From NCBI GenBank assembly GCA_015063385.1, contig SVUG01000001.1, positions 74,201 through 138,200 of the forward strand: a DNA stretch of 64,000 nt. The letters are read 5' to 3'. This DNA comes from Oscillospiraceae bacterium (GTDB lineage Bacteria; Bacillota; Clostridia; Oscillospirales; CAG-272). The stretch's first letter is position 1. Every line of letters begins with the position of its first letter. A program made the position numbers and the translations under genes. The notes below the pieces were generated by a model that saw only the letters and a list, made by a program, of their open reading frames with translations, searched no databases and was not told the DNA's origin. Positions 50,203 through 60,786 of the stretch are shown in pieces.

Positions 50203-52929
50203 ATGTTAGAGCTTTGCAGTATTAAAAAGGACTACATAACCTCGTCGGAAACGGTAAACGCACTTCGCGGCGTTGATATTGTTTTCAGAGATAGGGAGTT
50301 TGTTTCCGTTCTCGGCCCTTCGGGCTGTGGCAAAACCACATTACTCAACATTATAGGCGGTCTTGACAGATACACCTCGGGTGACCTCGTTATAAACGGA
50401 AAGAGCACAAGCCTTTACCGTGACAGAGATTGGGACGTATACCGTAATCACCGTGTAGGATTTATCTTCCAGAGCTACAACCTCATTCCTCACCAGACGG
50501 TGCTTGGCAACGTGGAGCTTGCGCTCACTATTGCAGGCATCGGCAAGGAAGAAAGAGTTGCAAGAGCGAAGGCGGCACTGGACAAGGTTGGACTCTCCGA
50601 CCAGTATTACAAAAAGCCAAATCAGCTCTCGGGCGGACAGTGCCAGAGAGTAGCTATCGCACGCGCACTTGTAAACGAGCCTGAAATTCTGCTCGCTGAC
50701 GAGCCCACGGGTGCGCTTGACACCGTCACCAGCGTGCAGATAATGGAGCTTATCCGCGAGATTGCGGGTGAGCGTCTTGTAATAATGGTCACTCACAACC
50801 CCGAGCTTGCCGAGCAGTATTCCACGAGAATTATCAGACTTCTTGACGGCAGCGTTATAGAGGATACTAACCCTGTAAGTGACGAGGAATATTCAGAGCT
50901 TAAGGCGGCAGAGGAAAAGGCTGCTAAAGAAGAGGAAGCGCTTGTCGCCGCTCTTGATAAAAAAGAGAAAAAAGCAAGAGCAAAGAAAAAGGAAAAGGCA
51001 AAGATGTCGGTATTCACCGCATTCCGCCTCTCTGCGCGTAATCTTATTTCCAAAAAGGGACGAACCGCGATGGTCGGCTTCGCCGGCTCGATAGGTATTA
51101 TCGGTATTGCTCTAGTGCTTGCCTTTTCGGGCGGAATTAAGGGCTATATCGCTTCAATGCAGGACGATATGCTTTCGGGCAACCCTATTACCATCGAGGA
51201 AAGCGCATTTGACCTCAGTGCGATTACCGGAATGATGAATGCCGGTCAAAAGGGAGAAATTATAAAGAATCCGAACAGTGTATATATTTCCTCGCTCGTT
51301 GAGTATCTTATTGAAACCAGCGATACATTCGATTCTATGCTGGTGGAAAACGAATTAACCGAGCAATATATTGAGTACGTTAAGTCCATGCCCAAGGAAT
51401 ATTATAACGATATGATTCTTGGCTACGGTCTTGATTTTTCAAAGACTATCTTCACCGACTTCAAGGAAACCTCTCAAAGCACATCAAGGCATCTTTCCAT
51501 AAAGCAGCTGACCGATATTTACAAATCTATAATTGCTGATACAGAATATAAGGAAATGGCAAATATGGTCGATATGCTTGCGCCGAATTTTGAGCAGACC
51601 CCCGGTAATACCGACTATATTTTATCTCAGTACGAGCTTGTCGGAGAGGGAAGCAGACTTGCAACCGAAAAGGACGAGATTATGCTTGTTCTTAATTCCG
51701 AGGATGAGCTCTCCGACCTCCTTCTTGCAAGACTAGGCTATTACACAGAGGCTGAGTTTATTGAAGTTGTTAACAAGGCGTCAAGCAAGGACGAAAACGG
51801 TGAATATCACTACGACAAGGAGCTGTACCGTGAGTATTTCACCTACGAGGAGCTTCTTGGCAAAACACTCACCTGGTATCCTACCGACTCTATTTTCAGC
51901 ACCGAGGAGGTGACTGTCACCGTCCCCGGTCTTGGTACCAGCACGACGACCACTGCTCCTATTTACAAGTCAGAGTTTGACTCCGCACAGAGCGATGGAA
52001 TGACTCTTAAGGTCGTTGGTATTCTCACTCCTAAGGAAAGCATTTCCTACGGTGTGATGACCTCGGGTGTGTATTACACCAAGGCGCTTACCGATTATAG
52101 TATAGAGGCAAATAAGGATTCTGCGTTCGTAGATTTCCTTATAGGCGATGAGGAAAAGCGCGAAGATTACCTTACTTCGTTTACTTATTCCTACAATTAC
52201 CTTCCTTACGATGCGCTTAACGGAGACAGCATAGTAGCAGGTGCGGAGCACAAGACTAACGATAAGGGCAACGTATTCTCTATGGGTGCAACCAGGGAAA
52301 AAGTTGCTGCTGCACTTGGCGGCAACGCTCTTGTAAATCACGTCAAGATATACCCGATTTCATTTGACGATAAAAATCTCGTCACAGATTATCTTGAGCG
52401 CTGGAATGACAAGAATGTGACTCTGACGGTTAACGGTGTGGAGATTGCAGGTACGGAAAGACCTAACGTCACCTTTACCGACACCCTTGAGCTTGTTATC
52501 AATATGATTAACACCATGATTGACATCATTTCGTATGCACTTATTGCGTTCACGTCCGTTTCTCTTGTGGTTTCCACAGTTATGATAGGCATTATCACAT
52601 ACGTATCCGTAGTTGAGCGAATCAAGGAAATCGGCGTTATTCGTTCTCTCGGCGGAAGAAAGCGCGACGTAAGCAATCTCTTTATGGCAGAGACCTTTAT
52701 CATAGGCTCGCTGGCAGGTCTTATCGGTATCGGCGCGACCTATTTTATTTCTGCAATAGTCAATATAATCCTGAAGCCTCTTATCGGTTATCCTAATATT
52801 GCGGCACTTCCGGTCGGCAACGCGATATTCCTCGTTTGCCTCAGCATTGGCTTGACTCTCATTTCGGGACTCGCTCCCGCAAGAAGCGCGGCAAAGAAGG
52901 ATCCCGTCGTAGCACTCAGAACGGAATAA
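50203..52929 (+). CDS. ABC transporter, fused ATP-binding and FtsX-like permease (MacB-type)
   Basis: It has Walker A GPSGCGKTT, LSGGQCQRVAIARAL and LLADEPTGALD, then a TM helix, a ~480-aa extracytoplasmic domain and C-terminal FtsX-type helices. Confidence 0.88.
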   Translation: MLELCSIKKDYITSSETVNALRGVDIVFRDREFVSVLGPSGCGKTTLLNIIGGLDRYTSGDLVINGKSTSLYRDRDWDVYRNHRVGFIFQSYNLIPHQTVLGNVELALTIAGIGKEERVARAKAALDKVGLSDQYYKKPNQLSGGQCQRVAIARALVNEPEILLADEPTGALDTVTSVQIMELIREIAGERLVIMVTHNPELAEQYSTRIIRLLDGSVIEDTNPVSDEEYSELKAAEEKAAKEEEALVAALDKKEKKARAKKKEKAKMSVFTAFRLSARNLISKKGRTAMVGFAGSIGIIGIALVLAFSGGIKGYIASMQDDMLSGNPITIEESAFDLSAITGMMNAGQKGEIIKNPNSVYISSLVEYLIETSDTFDSMLVENELTEQYIEYVKSMPKEYYNDMILGYGLDFSKTIFTDFKETSQSTSRHLSIKQLTDIYKSIIADTEYKEMANMVDMLAPNFEQTPGNTDYILSQYELVGEGSRLATEKDEIMLVLNSEDELSDLLLARLGYYTEAEFIEVVNKASSKDENGEYHYDKELYREYFTYEELLGKTLTWYPTDSIFSTEEVTVTVPGLGTSTTTTAPIYKSEFDSAQSDGMTLKVVGILTPKESISYGVMTSGVYYTKALTDYSIEANKDSAFVDFLIGDEEKREDYLTSFTYSYNYLPYDALNGDSIVAGAEHKTNDKGNVFSMGATREKVAAALGGNALVNHVKIYPISFDDKNLVTDYLERWNDKNVTLTVNGVEIAGTERPNVTFTDTLELVINMINTMIDIISYALIAFTSVSLVVSTVMIGIITYVSVVERIKEIGVIRSLGGRKRDVSNLFMAETFIIGSLAGLIGIGATYFISAIVNIILKPLIGYPNIAALPVGNAIFLVCLSIGLTLISGLAPARSAAKKDPVVALRTE

Positions 52930-52935
52930 AAAAGC

Positions 52936-52968
52936 AAATCTCCTCGGTTTTTTCCGGGGAGATTTTTC
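52936..52968 (+). terminator. Intrinsic terminator after the MacB-like gene
   Basis: AAATCTCC ... GGAGATTT followed by TTT. Confidence 0.7.
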
Positions 52969-52990
52969 CTCTATTTTACATATTTTTCTA

Positions 52991-53019
52991 TTGACATAAT
53001 TATTATATTATGATATAAT
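52991..53019 (+). promoter_or_regulatory. Consensus sigma-A promoter of the pyr operon
   Basis: TTGACA (52991-52996), 17 nt, TATAAT (53014-53019). The leader to pyrC is short (~28 nt). Confidence 0.7.
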
Positions 53020-53047
53020 ATTACGAATAAAAATAAAGGAGCAGATT

Positions 53048-54292
53048 ATGAAGGCGTTATTCCGTGGAGCACAGGTTTATGAAAATGGCACTATGCATAA
53101 GCGTGATATGTTTTTTGATGGTACTTCTCTCTCTGTTTTTGAGGGTGATGTATCCGTTTTTGCCCCCTCTTTTGTGTTTGATAATACTGTTATTCTTCCC
53201 GGTTTTTGTGATGTTCACGTACATCTCAGAGAGCCGGGTTTTTCTTATAAAGAGACGATAGCTACGGGAACTCGTGCGTCTGCAAGAGGCGGATATACCG
53301 CGGTTTGCTCTATGCCAAACCTTGACCCGACTCCCGATTCGCGTGAGCATCTGGACGCCCAGCTTGATATAATAAGGCGCGATGCTTGTATAGCCGTCTA
53401 CCCTTATGGCACGATTACGAAGCGTGAGCTTGGCGTAGAGATGTCTGATATGGAGGATATGGCAAGCGACGTTATAGCCTTTTCCGACGACGGCAAGGGC
53501 GTGCAGAGCGAAGAAATGATGCGCAATGCGATGACGCGAGCAAAGGCACTCGGCAAAATGATAGTCGCACACTGTGAGGATAATTCGCTTCTTCATGCAG
53601 GCTATATCCACGACGGCGAATACGCAAAAGCACACGGACACAGGGGCATCTGCTCAGAGAGTGAATGGGGGCCGATTGAGAGGGATATTAAGCTTGCCGA
53701 GAGCGTCGGCTGTCCTTACCACGTTTGTCACATCTCCACAAAGGAGAGCGTAGATATTATTCGTGCGGCAAAGGCACGAGGTGCTAACGTCACCTGTGAA
53801 ACGGGACCGCACTATATACTTCTTGACGACTACTGCCTCGAGGAAGACGGACGGTTTAAAATGAATCCGCCGCTTCGCTCGCCCTCTGACAGAGAGGCAA
53901 TACTTGAGGGAATTCTCGACGGCACTATAGATATGATAGCAACCGACCACGCACCTCACTCGGCAGAGGAAAAGTCAAAGGGGCTTTCCAGTAGTGCTAT
54001 GGGTGTCGTTGGAATTGAAACAGCGTTTGCAACGCTTTATACCGCTCTGGTTCGCACCGGAAAAATGACGCTTCCCGAGCTTGTGAAGCTTATGAGCGAA
54101 AATCCGAGAGAAAGATTCGGCATTTCCTCCGATAAAGGCTTTACAGTCTTTGACATCGGGGAAGAATATACTATAAATCCCGACGAGTTTTTAAGCAAGG
54201 GCCGTGCAACACCCTTTAAGGATGCTCGTGTGTTCGGAAAATGCCTGCTTACCGTTTACGACGGCAAGGCGGTCTATGAAAATCTTGGTTAA
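53048..54292 (+). CDS. pyrC: Dihydroorotase
   Basis: 414 aa amidohydrolase with DVHVHLREPG and later His/Asp ligands (ATDHAPH). Confidence 0.93.
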   Translation: MKALFRGAQVYENGTMHKRDMFFDGTSLSVFEGDVSVFAPSFVFDNTVILPGFCDVHVHLREPGFSYKETIATGTRASARGGYTAVCSMPNLDPTPDSREHLDAQLDIIRRDACIAVYPYGTITKRELGVEMSDMEDMASDVIAFSDDGKGVQSEEMMRNAMTRAKALGKMIVAHCEDNSLLHAGYIHDGEYAKAHGHRGICSESEWGPIERDIKLAESVGCPYHVCHISTKESVDIIRAAKARGANVTCETGPHYILLDDYCLEEDGRFKMNPPLRSPSDREAILEGILDGTIDMIATDHAPHSAEEKSKGLSSSAMGVVGIETAFATLYTALVRTGKMTLPELVKLMSENPRERFGISSDKGFTVFDIGEEYTINPDEFLSKGRATPFKDARVFGKCLLTVYDGKAVYENLG

Positions 54293-54313
54293 TAATATGC
54301 GGAGGAAATAAAA

Positions 54314-57300
54314 ATGGCAAAGAGAACTGATATTAAGAGAGTTATGATAATCGGCTCAGGACCTATAGTTATCGGTCAGGCGGCAGAGTTCGATTATGCA
54401 GGCACGCAGGCGTGTCTTGCGCTCAAGGAGGAGGGATACGAGGTTATTCTCGTCAACTCCAACCCTGCTACCATAATGACCGATACCACCATTGCGGACA
54501 AGGTGTATATGGAGCCCTTGACTCTTGAATATATTGCAAAGATAATCAGATACGAGCGTCCTGATGCGATAGTTCCCGGTATAGGCGGTCAGACAGGTCT
54601 TAATATGGCAATGTTGCTTGAAAAGAAGGGAATTTTAAAGGAAGCGGGTGTCGAGCTTCTCGGTACGTCCAGCGAGAGTATTGAGAGAGCAGAGGACAGA
54701 GAGCTCTTCAAGGAGCTTTGCGAGTCTATTGGCGAGCCTGTTATCCCCTCTGATATTGCAAACACGCTTGAGGAGGCTGTCGAGGTTGCAGCAAGAATAG
54801 GCTACCCGGTAGTTCTTCGTCCTGCGTTTACCCTTGGCGGTACGGGCGGCGGCTTTGCCTATGACGAGGCGGAGCTTCGTGAGCTTGCAGTAGGTGCACT
54901 CGCAGCGTCTCCCGTAAGTCAGGTTCTCGTAGAAAAGAGCGTAAAGGGATACAAGGAAATAGAGTTTGAGGTTATGCGCGACTCCGCAGATAACGCAATT
55001 ACCATCTGCGGTATGGAAAATATCGACCCCGTTGGCGTTCACACGGGTGACAGTATGGTTGTTGCACCCATTATGACTCTTTCAAAAGAAGATGAAAAAA
55101 TGCTCAACGATTCTGCCATTAAGCTTATCAGAGAGCTTAAAATCGAGGGCGGATGTAATGTTCAGTTTGCATTAAACCCTAATTCCTCGGAATATTACCT
55201 CATAGAAGTTAATCCAAGAGTATCAAGAAGCTCGGCGCTCGCCTCCAAGGCGTCGGGATATCCCATAGCCAGAGTGACAGCAAAAATTGCACTTGGTATG
55301 ACTCTTGACGAGATAGAGGTTGCGGGAACGAAGGCTTCCTTTGAACCCAGACTTGATTACATTGTAGCAAAGTTCCCGAGATTCCCGTTTGATAAGTTCA
55401 CCACCGTATCAAATAAGCTTGGCACGCAGATGAAGGCAACGGGTGAATCTATGGGCATCGGCTCGAATCTTGAGGAGTGCCTTCTCAAATCGGTGCGCTC
55501 TCTTGAAATCGGAGTTTGCCACCTCCATATGTCAAAGTTTGATGCAAGAAGCGACAGAGAGATTCTTGAATATATAAATGATTTCCATGACGACAACGCC
55601 TTTGCAATAGCAGAGCTTATGCGCAGAGGTCACGGAGTGGAGGAAATTGCGGCTATCACTAAGATTACTCCCTTCTTCCTTGAGTCCTTTAAGAAAATTA
55701 CCGATATGGAAGCGGCACTTAAGTCAAACAAGGGCGACGCAAGTCTTCTTCGTGCGGCGAAGGAAATCGGCTTCTCTGATAAGTATATTGCAAGGCTCTG
55801 GGGCATTGGCGAGCTTGAGGTATATAACACCAGAAAGGCAAACGGCATAATTCCCGTATTCCGTATGGTAGATACCGCGCATGTTGGCGCGTACACGCCT
55901 TACTTCTATTCCTCTTACACCGGTAAGGAGGAGTCCAGATTGACCGATAAGAAAAAGATAGTCGTTCTCGGTGCAGGTCCTATCCGTATCGGTCAGGGCG
56001 TTGAGTTTGATTACTCGACCGTTCACGCAGTAAATACTATCAGAAAATGCGGATACGAGGCTATTATTATAAACAACAACCCCGAGACCGTTTCTACCGA
56101 TTATACCACCTCGGACAAGCTCTATTTTGAGCCTCTTACTGCCGAGGACGTTATGAACGTAATAGATTACGAAAAGCCTGATGGTGTTATTGCATCTCTT
56201 GGCGGTCAGACGGCAATTAACCTTGCCGAGCCTCTCTTTGAGCGTGGTGTAAAGATTATAGGTACAGACTGCGCGGCTATCGAGCGCGCGGAAAACCGTG
56301 ACAGCTTTGAGAAGATACTTTCCTCTCTTGGTATTCCTCAGCCCAAGGGCCATGCAGTCACCAAAATTGAGGACGGTGTAAGGGTTGCAGAGGAAATAGG
56401 CTATCCCGTTCTGGTTCGTCCCTCCTTCGTGCTTGGCGGACGTGCTATGCAGCTGGTAGGAAATGAAAAGCAGCTTCGCCACTATCTGAAAACCGCAGTT
56501 GAAATCGACGAGGACCGTCCCGTTCTCGTTGACCACTACATTCAGGGCAAGGAGGTAGAGGTTGACGCTATTTGCGACGGACAGGACGTGTTCGTCGGCG
56601 GAATTATGGAGCTTGTTGAGCGTACGGGCGTACACTCGGGCGACAGCATCTCTATCTATCCTGCCTTCTCAATTTCGGACAAGGTAAAGGGCAAGATTCT
56701 CAGCTACTCTAAAAAGCTCGGACTCGCAATCGGCATAGTAGGTCTGTTTAACATTCAGTTTATCGTTGACGATAACGAGGACGTATATATTATCGAGGTT
56801 AACCCTCGCTCCTCAAGAACCGTTCCGTTCCTCTCAAAGTCCACAGGCTACAGCCTTGCGGATATTGCCACCGAGGTTATTCTCGGCAAGAGCTTAAAGG
56901 AGCTTGGCATCTTCACTATCTACCCCGAGGAGAAAAAGAGATGGTACTGTAAGGTACCCGTATTCTCGCACAGAAAGATTAACGGCGTTGACGCATATCT
57001 TTCTCCCGAAATGAAGTCTACGGGTGAGGCTATCGGCTATGACGACGACCTTTACAGAGCCTTCTACAAGGCGCTTCAGGCTTCGGGAATGAACGTACAG
57101 AATTACGGTACTATACTTGCAACTATTGCAGATAAGGATAAGGAAGAAGCGCTTCCTCTTATTCGCCGTTTCTACAACCTCGGCTTCAACATTGAGGCAA
57201 CCAAGGGCACTGCTACGTTTTTAAAGGAGCACGGCATCAGAACGAGAATTAAGGGCAAAATTTCTGCCGGAACAAGCGATATTCCAGACTCTATGCGTCA

Positions 57301-57487
57301 GGGACATATTGCATACGTTATCAACACCAGCGACGTCGGCTCGTCCGATCAGACTATGGACGGATATGAGATAAGACGCCTTGCCGTTGAAACGAACACC
57401 ACGCTCTTCACCTCTCTTGACACGGTAAGAGTGCTTCTTGACGTGCTTGAGGATATTACTATAACCATTTCTACAATAGACAGTTAA
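54314..57487 (+). CDS. carB: Carbamoyl-phosphate synthase large subunit
   Basis: 1057 aa with duplicated ATP-grasp halves (GSGPIVIGQAAEFDYAGTQA and GAGPIRIGQGVEFDYSTVHA) and a C-terminal MGS-like domain. Confidence 0.97.
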   Translation: MAKRTDIKRVMIIGSGPIVIGQAAEFDYAGTQACLALKEEGYEVILVNSNPATIMTDTTIADKVYMEPLTLEYIAKIIRYERPDAIVPGIGGQTGLNMAMLLEKKGILKEAGVELLGTSSESIERAEDRELFKELCESIGEPVIPSDIANTLEEAVEVAARIGYPVVLRPAFTLGGTGGGFAYDEAELRELAVGALAASPVSQVLVEKSVKGYKEIEFEVMRDSADNAITICGMENIDPVGVHTGDSMVVAPIMTLSKEDEKMLNDSAIKLIRELKIEGGCNVQFALNPNSSEYYLIEVNPRVSRSSALASKASGYPIARVTAKIALGMTLDEIEVAGTKASFEPRLDYIVAKFPRFPFDKFTTVSNKLGTQMKATGESMGIGSNLEECLLKSVRSLEIGVCHLHMSKFDARSDREILEYINDFHDDNAFAIAELMRRGHGVEEIAAITKITPFFLESFKKITDMEAALKSNKGDASLLRAAKEIGFSDKYIARLWGIGELEVYNTRKANGIIPVFRMVDTAHVGAYTPYFYSSYTGKEESRLTDKKKIVVLGAGPIRIGQGVEFDYSTVHAVNTIRKCGYEAIIINNNPETVSTDYTTSDKLYFEPLTAEDVMNVIDYEKPDGVIASLGGQTAINLAEPLFERGVKIIGTDCAAIERAENRDSFEKILSSLGIPQPKGHAVTKIEDGVRVAEEIGYPVLVRPSFVLGGRAMQLVGNEKQLRHYLKTAVEIDEDRPVLVDHYIQGKEVEVDAICDGQDVFVGGIMELVERTGVHSGDSISIYPAFSISDKVKGKILSYSKKLGLAIGIVGLFNIQFIVDDNEDVYIIEVNPRSSRTVPFLSKSTGYSLADIATEVILGKSLKELGIFTIYPEEKKRWYCKVPVFSHRKINGVDAYLSPEMKSTGEAIGYDDDLYRAFYKALQASGMNVQNYGTILATIADKDKEEALPLIRRFYNLGFNIEATKGTATFLKEHGIRTRIKGKISAGTSDIPDSMRQGHIAYVINTSDVGSSDQTMDGYEIRRLAVETNTTLFTSLDTVRVLLDVLEDITITISTIDS

Positions 57488-57496
57488 GAGGAAAAT

Positions 57497-58228
57497 ATGA
57501 AGGATTCGATATTTACGGTAATCTCTAACGAGAAAATCGCAAAAAACACCTATGAATGCGTCCTTGAGGGCGACACCTCGCATATTACCGCCCCGGGACA
57601 GTTCGTGAATATAAAGCTAGACGGCTTTTATCTTCGCCGTCCAATCTCGGTCTGCGACGTAGAGGGCGATAGACTCACCATTATCTACAAGGTAGTAGGA
57701 GATGGAACTGAAAAAATGAGCAAGGCAGAGAAGGGCGAAAAATGGCTTACCCTGACAGGCCTTGGAAACGGCTACGACCTTACAAAGTCGGGTGACAGTC
57801 CGCTTCTCATCGGTGGCGGCGCGGGCGTTCCGCCCATGTATCTGCTTTGCCGTAAGCTTGTGGCGGAGGGCAAGGCTCCTACCGTTATTCTAGGCTTCAA
57901 CACCGAGGACGAGGTGTTTTACAAGGAAAGGTTTGAGTCGCTCGGCGTAAAGGTGATAGTCGCTACCGCCGATGGAAGCATGGGTGTCAAGGGCTTCGTC
58001 ACAGACGCTATGCGTGGACTCTCATACAGCTATTTCTACACCTGCGGTCCTGAGCCTATGCTAAAGGCAATTTATAATGCAAGCGAAAGTGACGGTCAGT
58101 TCTCATTTGAAGAGCGTATGGGCTGCGGCTTTGGTGCTTGTATGGGCTGTACATGTAAGACTAAATACGGTAATAAGCGTATCTGCCGTGACGGCCCCGT
58201 GCTGGAAAAGGAGGAGATAGTGTGGTGA
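57497..58228 (+). CDS. pyrK: Dihydroorotate dehydrogenase B electron-transfer subunit
   Basis: 243 aa with an FAD-binding fold and C-terminal 2Fe-2S cysteines (CGFGACMGCTC...C). Confidence 0.92.
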   Translation: MKDSIFTVISNEKIAKNTYECVLEGDTSHITAPGQFVNIKLDGFYLRRPISVCDVEGDRLTIIYKVVGDGTEKMSKAEKGEKWLTLTGLGNGYDLTKSGDSPLLIGGGAGVPPMYLLCRKLVAEGKAPTVILGFNTEDEVFYKERFESLGVKVIVATADGSMGVKGFVTDAMRGLSYSYFYTCGPEPMLKAIYNASESDGQFSFEERMGCGFGACMGCTCKTKYGNKRICRDGPVLEKEEIVW

Positions 58229-59133
58229 ACACAAAAGTAAATTTATGCGGAATTGAGATTGATAATCCCATAATCCCCGCAAGTGGCACGTTTGGCTTCG
58301 GGTATGAGTTTGCCGAGCTTTACGACATAAATATGCTCGGTACGTTCTCATTTAAAGGAACTACGCTTGACGCTCGCTTTGGCAACCCCACTCCCAGAAT
58401 TGCCGAGGTGACGGGCGGTATGCTCAACGCCGTTGGACTTCAGAATCCCGGAGTTGACTGGATAATCAGCGACGAGCTTCCAAAGCTTCGCCGTGTATTC
58501 AACAAACCCGTTATGGCAAACGTCTCGGGATTTTCGCTTGACGAGTACGTGGAAACGGTAAGACGGCTTGATACACAGTCAGATATCGGCTGGTTTGAGA
58601 TAAATATCTCCTGCCCCAACGTTCACGGAGGCGGAATGAGCTTCGGCACCTCGCCCGAAATGGCACAAACGGTCACCCGTGCGGTGCGCAAGGTGACGAA
58701 AAAGCCGATTATCATAAAGCTCTCGCCCAACGTCACCGACATCGTGTCAATCGCTAAGGCTTGTGAGGCGGGCGGTGCTGACGGCGTCAGCCTTATTAAC
58801 ACTCTTATGGGTATGAGAATTGACCTGAAGAGAAGAAAGCCTGTAATCGCTAATAAGACGGGTGGCTTTTCCGGCCCTGCAATCAAGCCGGTTGCCGTCA
58901 GAATGATATATCAGGTATACGATGCCGTTAAAATTCCTATTGTAGGAATGGGCGGAGTAGCAACCGCAGAAGACGTTATCGAGCTTATGCTCGCAGGCGC
59001 TACGGCAGTCGAGGTTGGAGCAGAAAACCTCGTTAATCCTTATGCGTGCAGAGATATAATTCTTGATTTACCGCGCGCTATGGAAAAATACGGAATAAAG
59101 AGTTTGAGTGAAATAATAGGAGGAGCACACTAA
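58222..59133 (+). CDS. pyrD: Dihydroorotate dehydrogenase B catalytic subunit
   Basis: 303 aa from a GTG start after an AAAGGAGGAG RBS. It has [14 protein letters not shown] and GGV...AED motifs. Confidence 0.95.
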   Translation: MVNTKVNLCGIEIDNPIIPASGTFGFGYEFAELYDINMLGTFSFKGTTLDARFGNPTPRIAEVTGGMLNAVGLQNPGVDWIISDELPKLRRVFNKPVMANVSGFSLDEYVETVRRLDTQSDIGWFEINISCPNVHGGGMSFGTSPEMAQTVTRAVRKVTKKPIIIKLSPNVTDIVSIAKACEAGGADGVSLINTLMGMRIDLKRRKPVIANKTGGFSGPAIKPVAVRMIYQVYDAVKIPIVGMGGVATAEDVIELMLAGATAVEVGAENLVNPYACRDIILDLPRAMEKYGIKSLSEIIGGAH

Positions 59134-59831
59134 TGGGTAAGGACGTAATTATCGCCTGCGACTTTGACAGTGCGGAAAAAACATTTGCATTTCTTGATAA
59201 ATTCACGGGCAAGAAGCCTTTTGTAAAAATCGGAATGGAGCTTTACTATGCCGAGGGACCCTCTATAGTAAAGGAAATTAAAAAGAGAGGTCATAAGATT
59301 TTCCTTGACCTCAAGCTTCACGATATTCCCAACACGGTAAAAAAGTCTATGGCTGTGCTTTCAAGACTTGACGTTGATATGACTAACCTCCACGCAGCAG
59401 GCACCAAGCGTATGATGCAGGCGGCAATAGAGGGGCTTACCCGCCCCGACGGCACAAGACCTATGCTTATCGCAGTCACCCAGCTTACCTCTACCGACCA
59501 GGAGAGCATGGAAAACGACCTGCTTATAAAAGCACCCATCGACGAGGTAGTTATGCACTATGCGTCCTGTGCTTCTGAGGCAGGACTTGACGGTGTCGTT
59601 TGCTCGCCTCTTGAGGCAGGTAAGGTGCACGACAGATGCGGCAAGAATTTCGTCACCGTCACCCCCGGTGTGCGCTTCGCTGACGGAGATATCGGCGATC
59701 AGAAGAGAGTTATGACTCCCGCCGAGGCAAACAAAATCGGCTCTGACTACATAGTAGTCGGCAGACCTATCACCGCGGCAGACGACCCCGTGGCAGCATA
59801 CGAGAGATGCTGCAAGGAGTTTATAGGATGA
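59133..59831 (+). CDS. pyrF: Orotidine 5'-phosphate decarboxylase
   Basis: 232 aa with the [10 protein letters not shown] motif. A TAATG overlap joins it to pyrD. Confidence 0.95.
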   Translation: MGKDVIIACDFDSAEKTFAFLDKFTGKKPFVKIGMELYYAEGPSIVKEIKKRGHKIFLDLKLHDIPNTVKKSMAVLSRLDVDMTNLHAAGTKRMMQAAIEGLTRPDGTRPMLIAVTQLTSTDQESMENDLLIKAPIDEVVMHYASCASEAGLDGVVCSPLEAGKVHDRCGKNFVTVTPGVRFADGDIGDQKRVMTPAEANKIGSDYIVVGRPITAADDPVAAYERCCKEFIG

Positions 59832-60088
59832 TTACGAGAGAAAAGCTGTTGAAGTTTTCGATGTGGCAGGCGATAATTGGCGCTCTGGTGTTCGTTATCA
59901 ACTATTTCTTCTTCCATTTCGTGACGGACGACGGCATCACGCTCGTCTGGCATCCCGAGGCAGGCAAGCCGTTCGTTGCTGACCTTATCGGTGTTTTCGG
60001 CACACTGTTCCTTTTCGGAGCAGCCGTCACCCTGCTTGCTTCTTTTATATTCTTTGATAAAAACAACAAAAGCGAGGAAAACAAATAA
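59828..60088 (+). CDS. Hypothetical small two-TM membrane protein embedded in the pyr operon
   Basis: 86 aa. Its ATG overlaps the pyrF stop (ATGA) and its stop overlaps the pyrE ATG (TAATG). It has two hydrophobic helices ([20 protein letters not shown]; [24 protein letters not shown]). Confidence 0.6.
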   Translation: MITREKLLKFSMWQAIIGALVFVINYFFFHFVTDDGITLVWHPEAGKPFVADLIGVFGTLFLFGAAVTLLASFIFFDKNNKSEENK

Positions 60089-60744
60089 TGGAAAGCTATA
60101 AGAGAGAATTTATACAGTTCCTTGAGGGCGCAGGCGTTCTCAAGTTTGGCGATTTTACTGCAAAGAGCGGAAGAAAAATCCCTTATTTCATTAACGCAGG
60201 TGAAATCAAAACCGGCGACCAGATTGCGAAGCTTGGCGAGTTCTACGCAAAGAGCTATCTTGAAAAGGTAGGCAACAAAAGATGCGTGCTTTACGGCCCT
60301 GCATACAAGGGTATTTCAATAGCCGTTGCCGCTTCTATCGGACTTTCAAAGTGTGGACTTGACGTGCCCTTCTTCTTCAACAGAAAGGAAGCAAAGGATC
60401 ACGGCGAGGGCGGAGTTTTCGTAGGCTACGTTCCAAAGGAAAATGAGGAAATCGTAATCGTAGAGGACGTTATCACTGCAGGTACTGCAATTCGTGAGAG
60501 CATGGAAATACTCTCCTCCGTAAAGGGCGCAAAGGTTGCCGCAACCTTCGTTATGGTTGACCGTAAGGAAAAGGGCAAGGGGGAAAAGAGCGCTATGGCA
60601 GAGGTTGGCGAGGAGTTTGGCTTCCCCGTATACTCGGTCGTTGACGTTTACGATATTATAGAATATCTCTCCGAGGACGAGAAGAATGCCGAGAACGTGG
60701 AGAGAATTAAAAAGTACCTTGAGGTTTACGGCGCAAAGGCATAA
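60088..60744 (+). CDS. pyrE: Orotate phosphoribosyltransferase
   Basis: 218 aa with the PRPP-binding motif VIVEDVITAGTA. Confidence 0.94.
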   Translation: MESYKREFIQFLEGAGVLKFGDFTAKSGRKIPYFINAGEIKTGDQIAKLGEFYAKSYLEKVGNKRCVLYGPAYKGISIAVAASIGLSKCGLDVPFFFNRKEAKDHGEGGVFVGYVPKENEEIVIVEDVITAGTAIRESMEILSSVKGAKVAATFVMVDRKEKGKGEKSAMAEVGEEFGFPVYSVVDVYDIIEYLSEDEKNAENVERIKKYLEVYGAKA

Positions 60745-60786
60745 AATGCCAAAAATGTAAACTAAAGTTATAAAGGAGATGTCAAA

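Noticed and set aside
52969-53047. PyrR-type attenuator upstream of the pyr operon
   Set aside because: The leader between the promoter -10 and the pyrC ATG is only ~28 nt and contains no PyrR binding loop or terminator/antiterminator. No pyrR gene is in the window.
55724-56635. 303-aa ORF antisense to carB. Similar long antisense ORFs occur at 2806-3606 (gyrB), 29883-30584 (ABC ATPase), 61033-61761 (pyrB), 62151-62819 (asnA) and 63079-63948 (IMPDH)
   Set aside because: Each lies fully within, and opposite to, a strongly supported housekeeping gene. None has an RBS or a recognisable domain.
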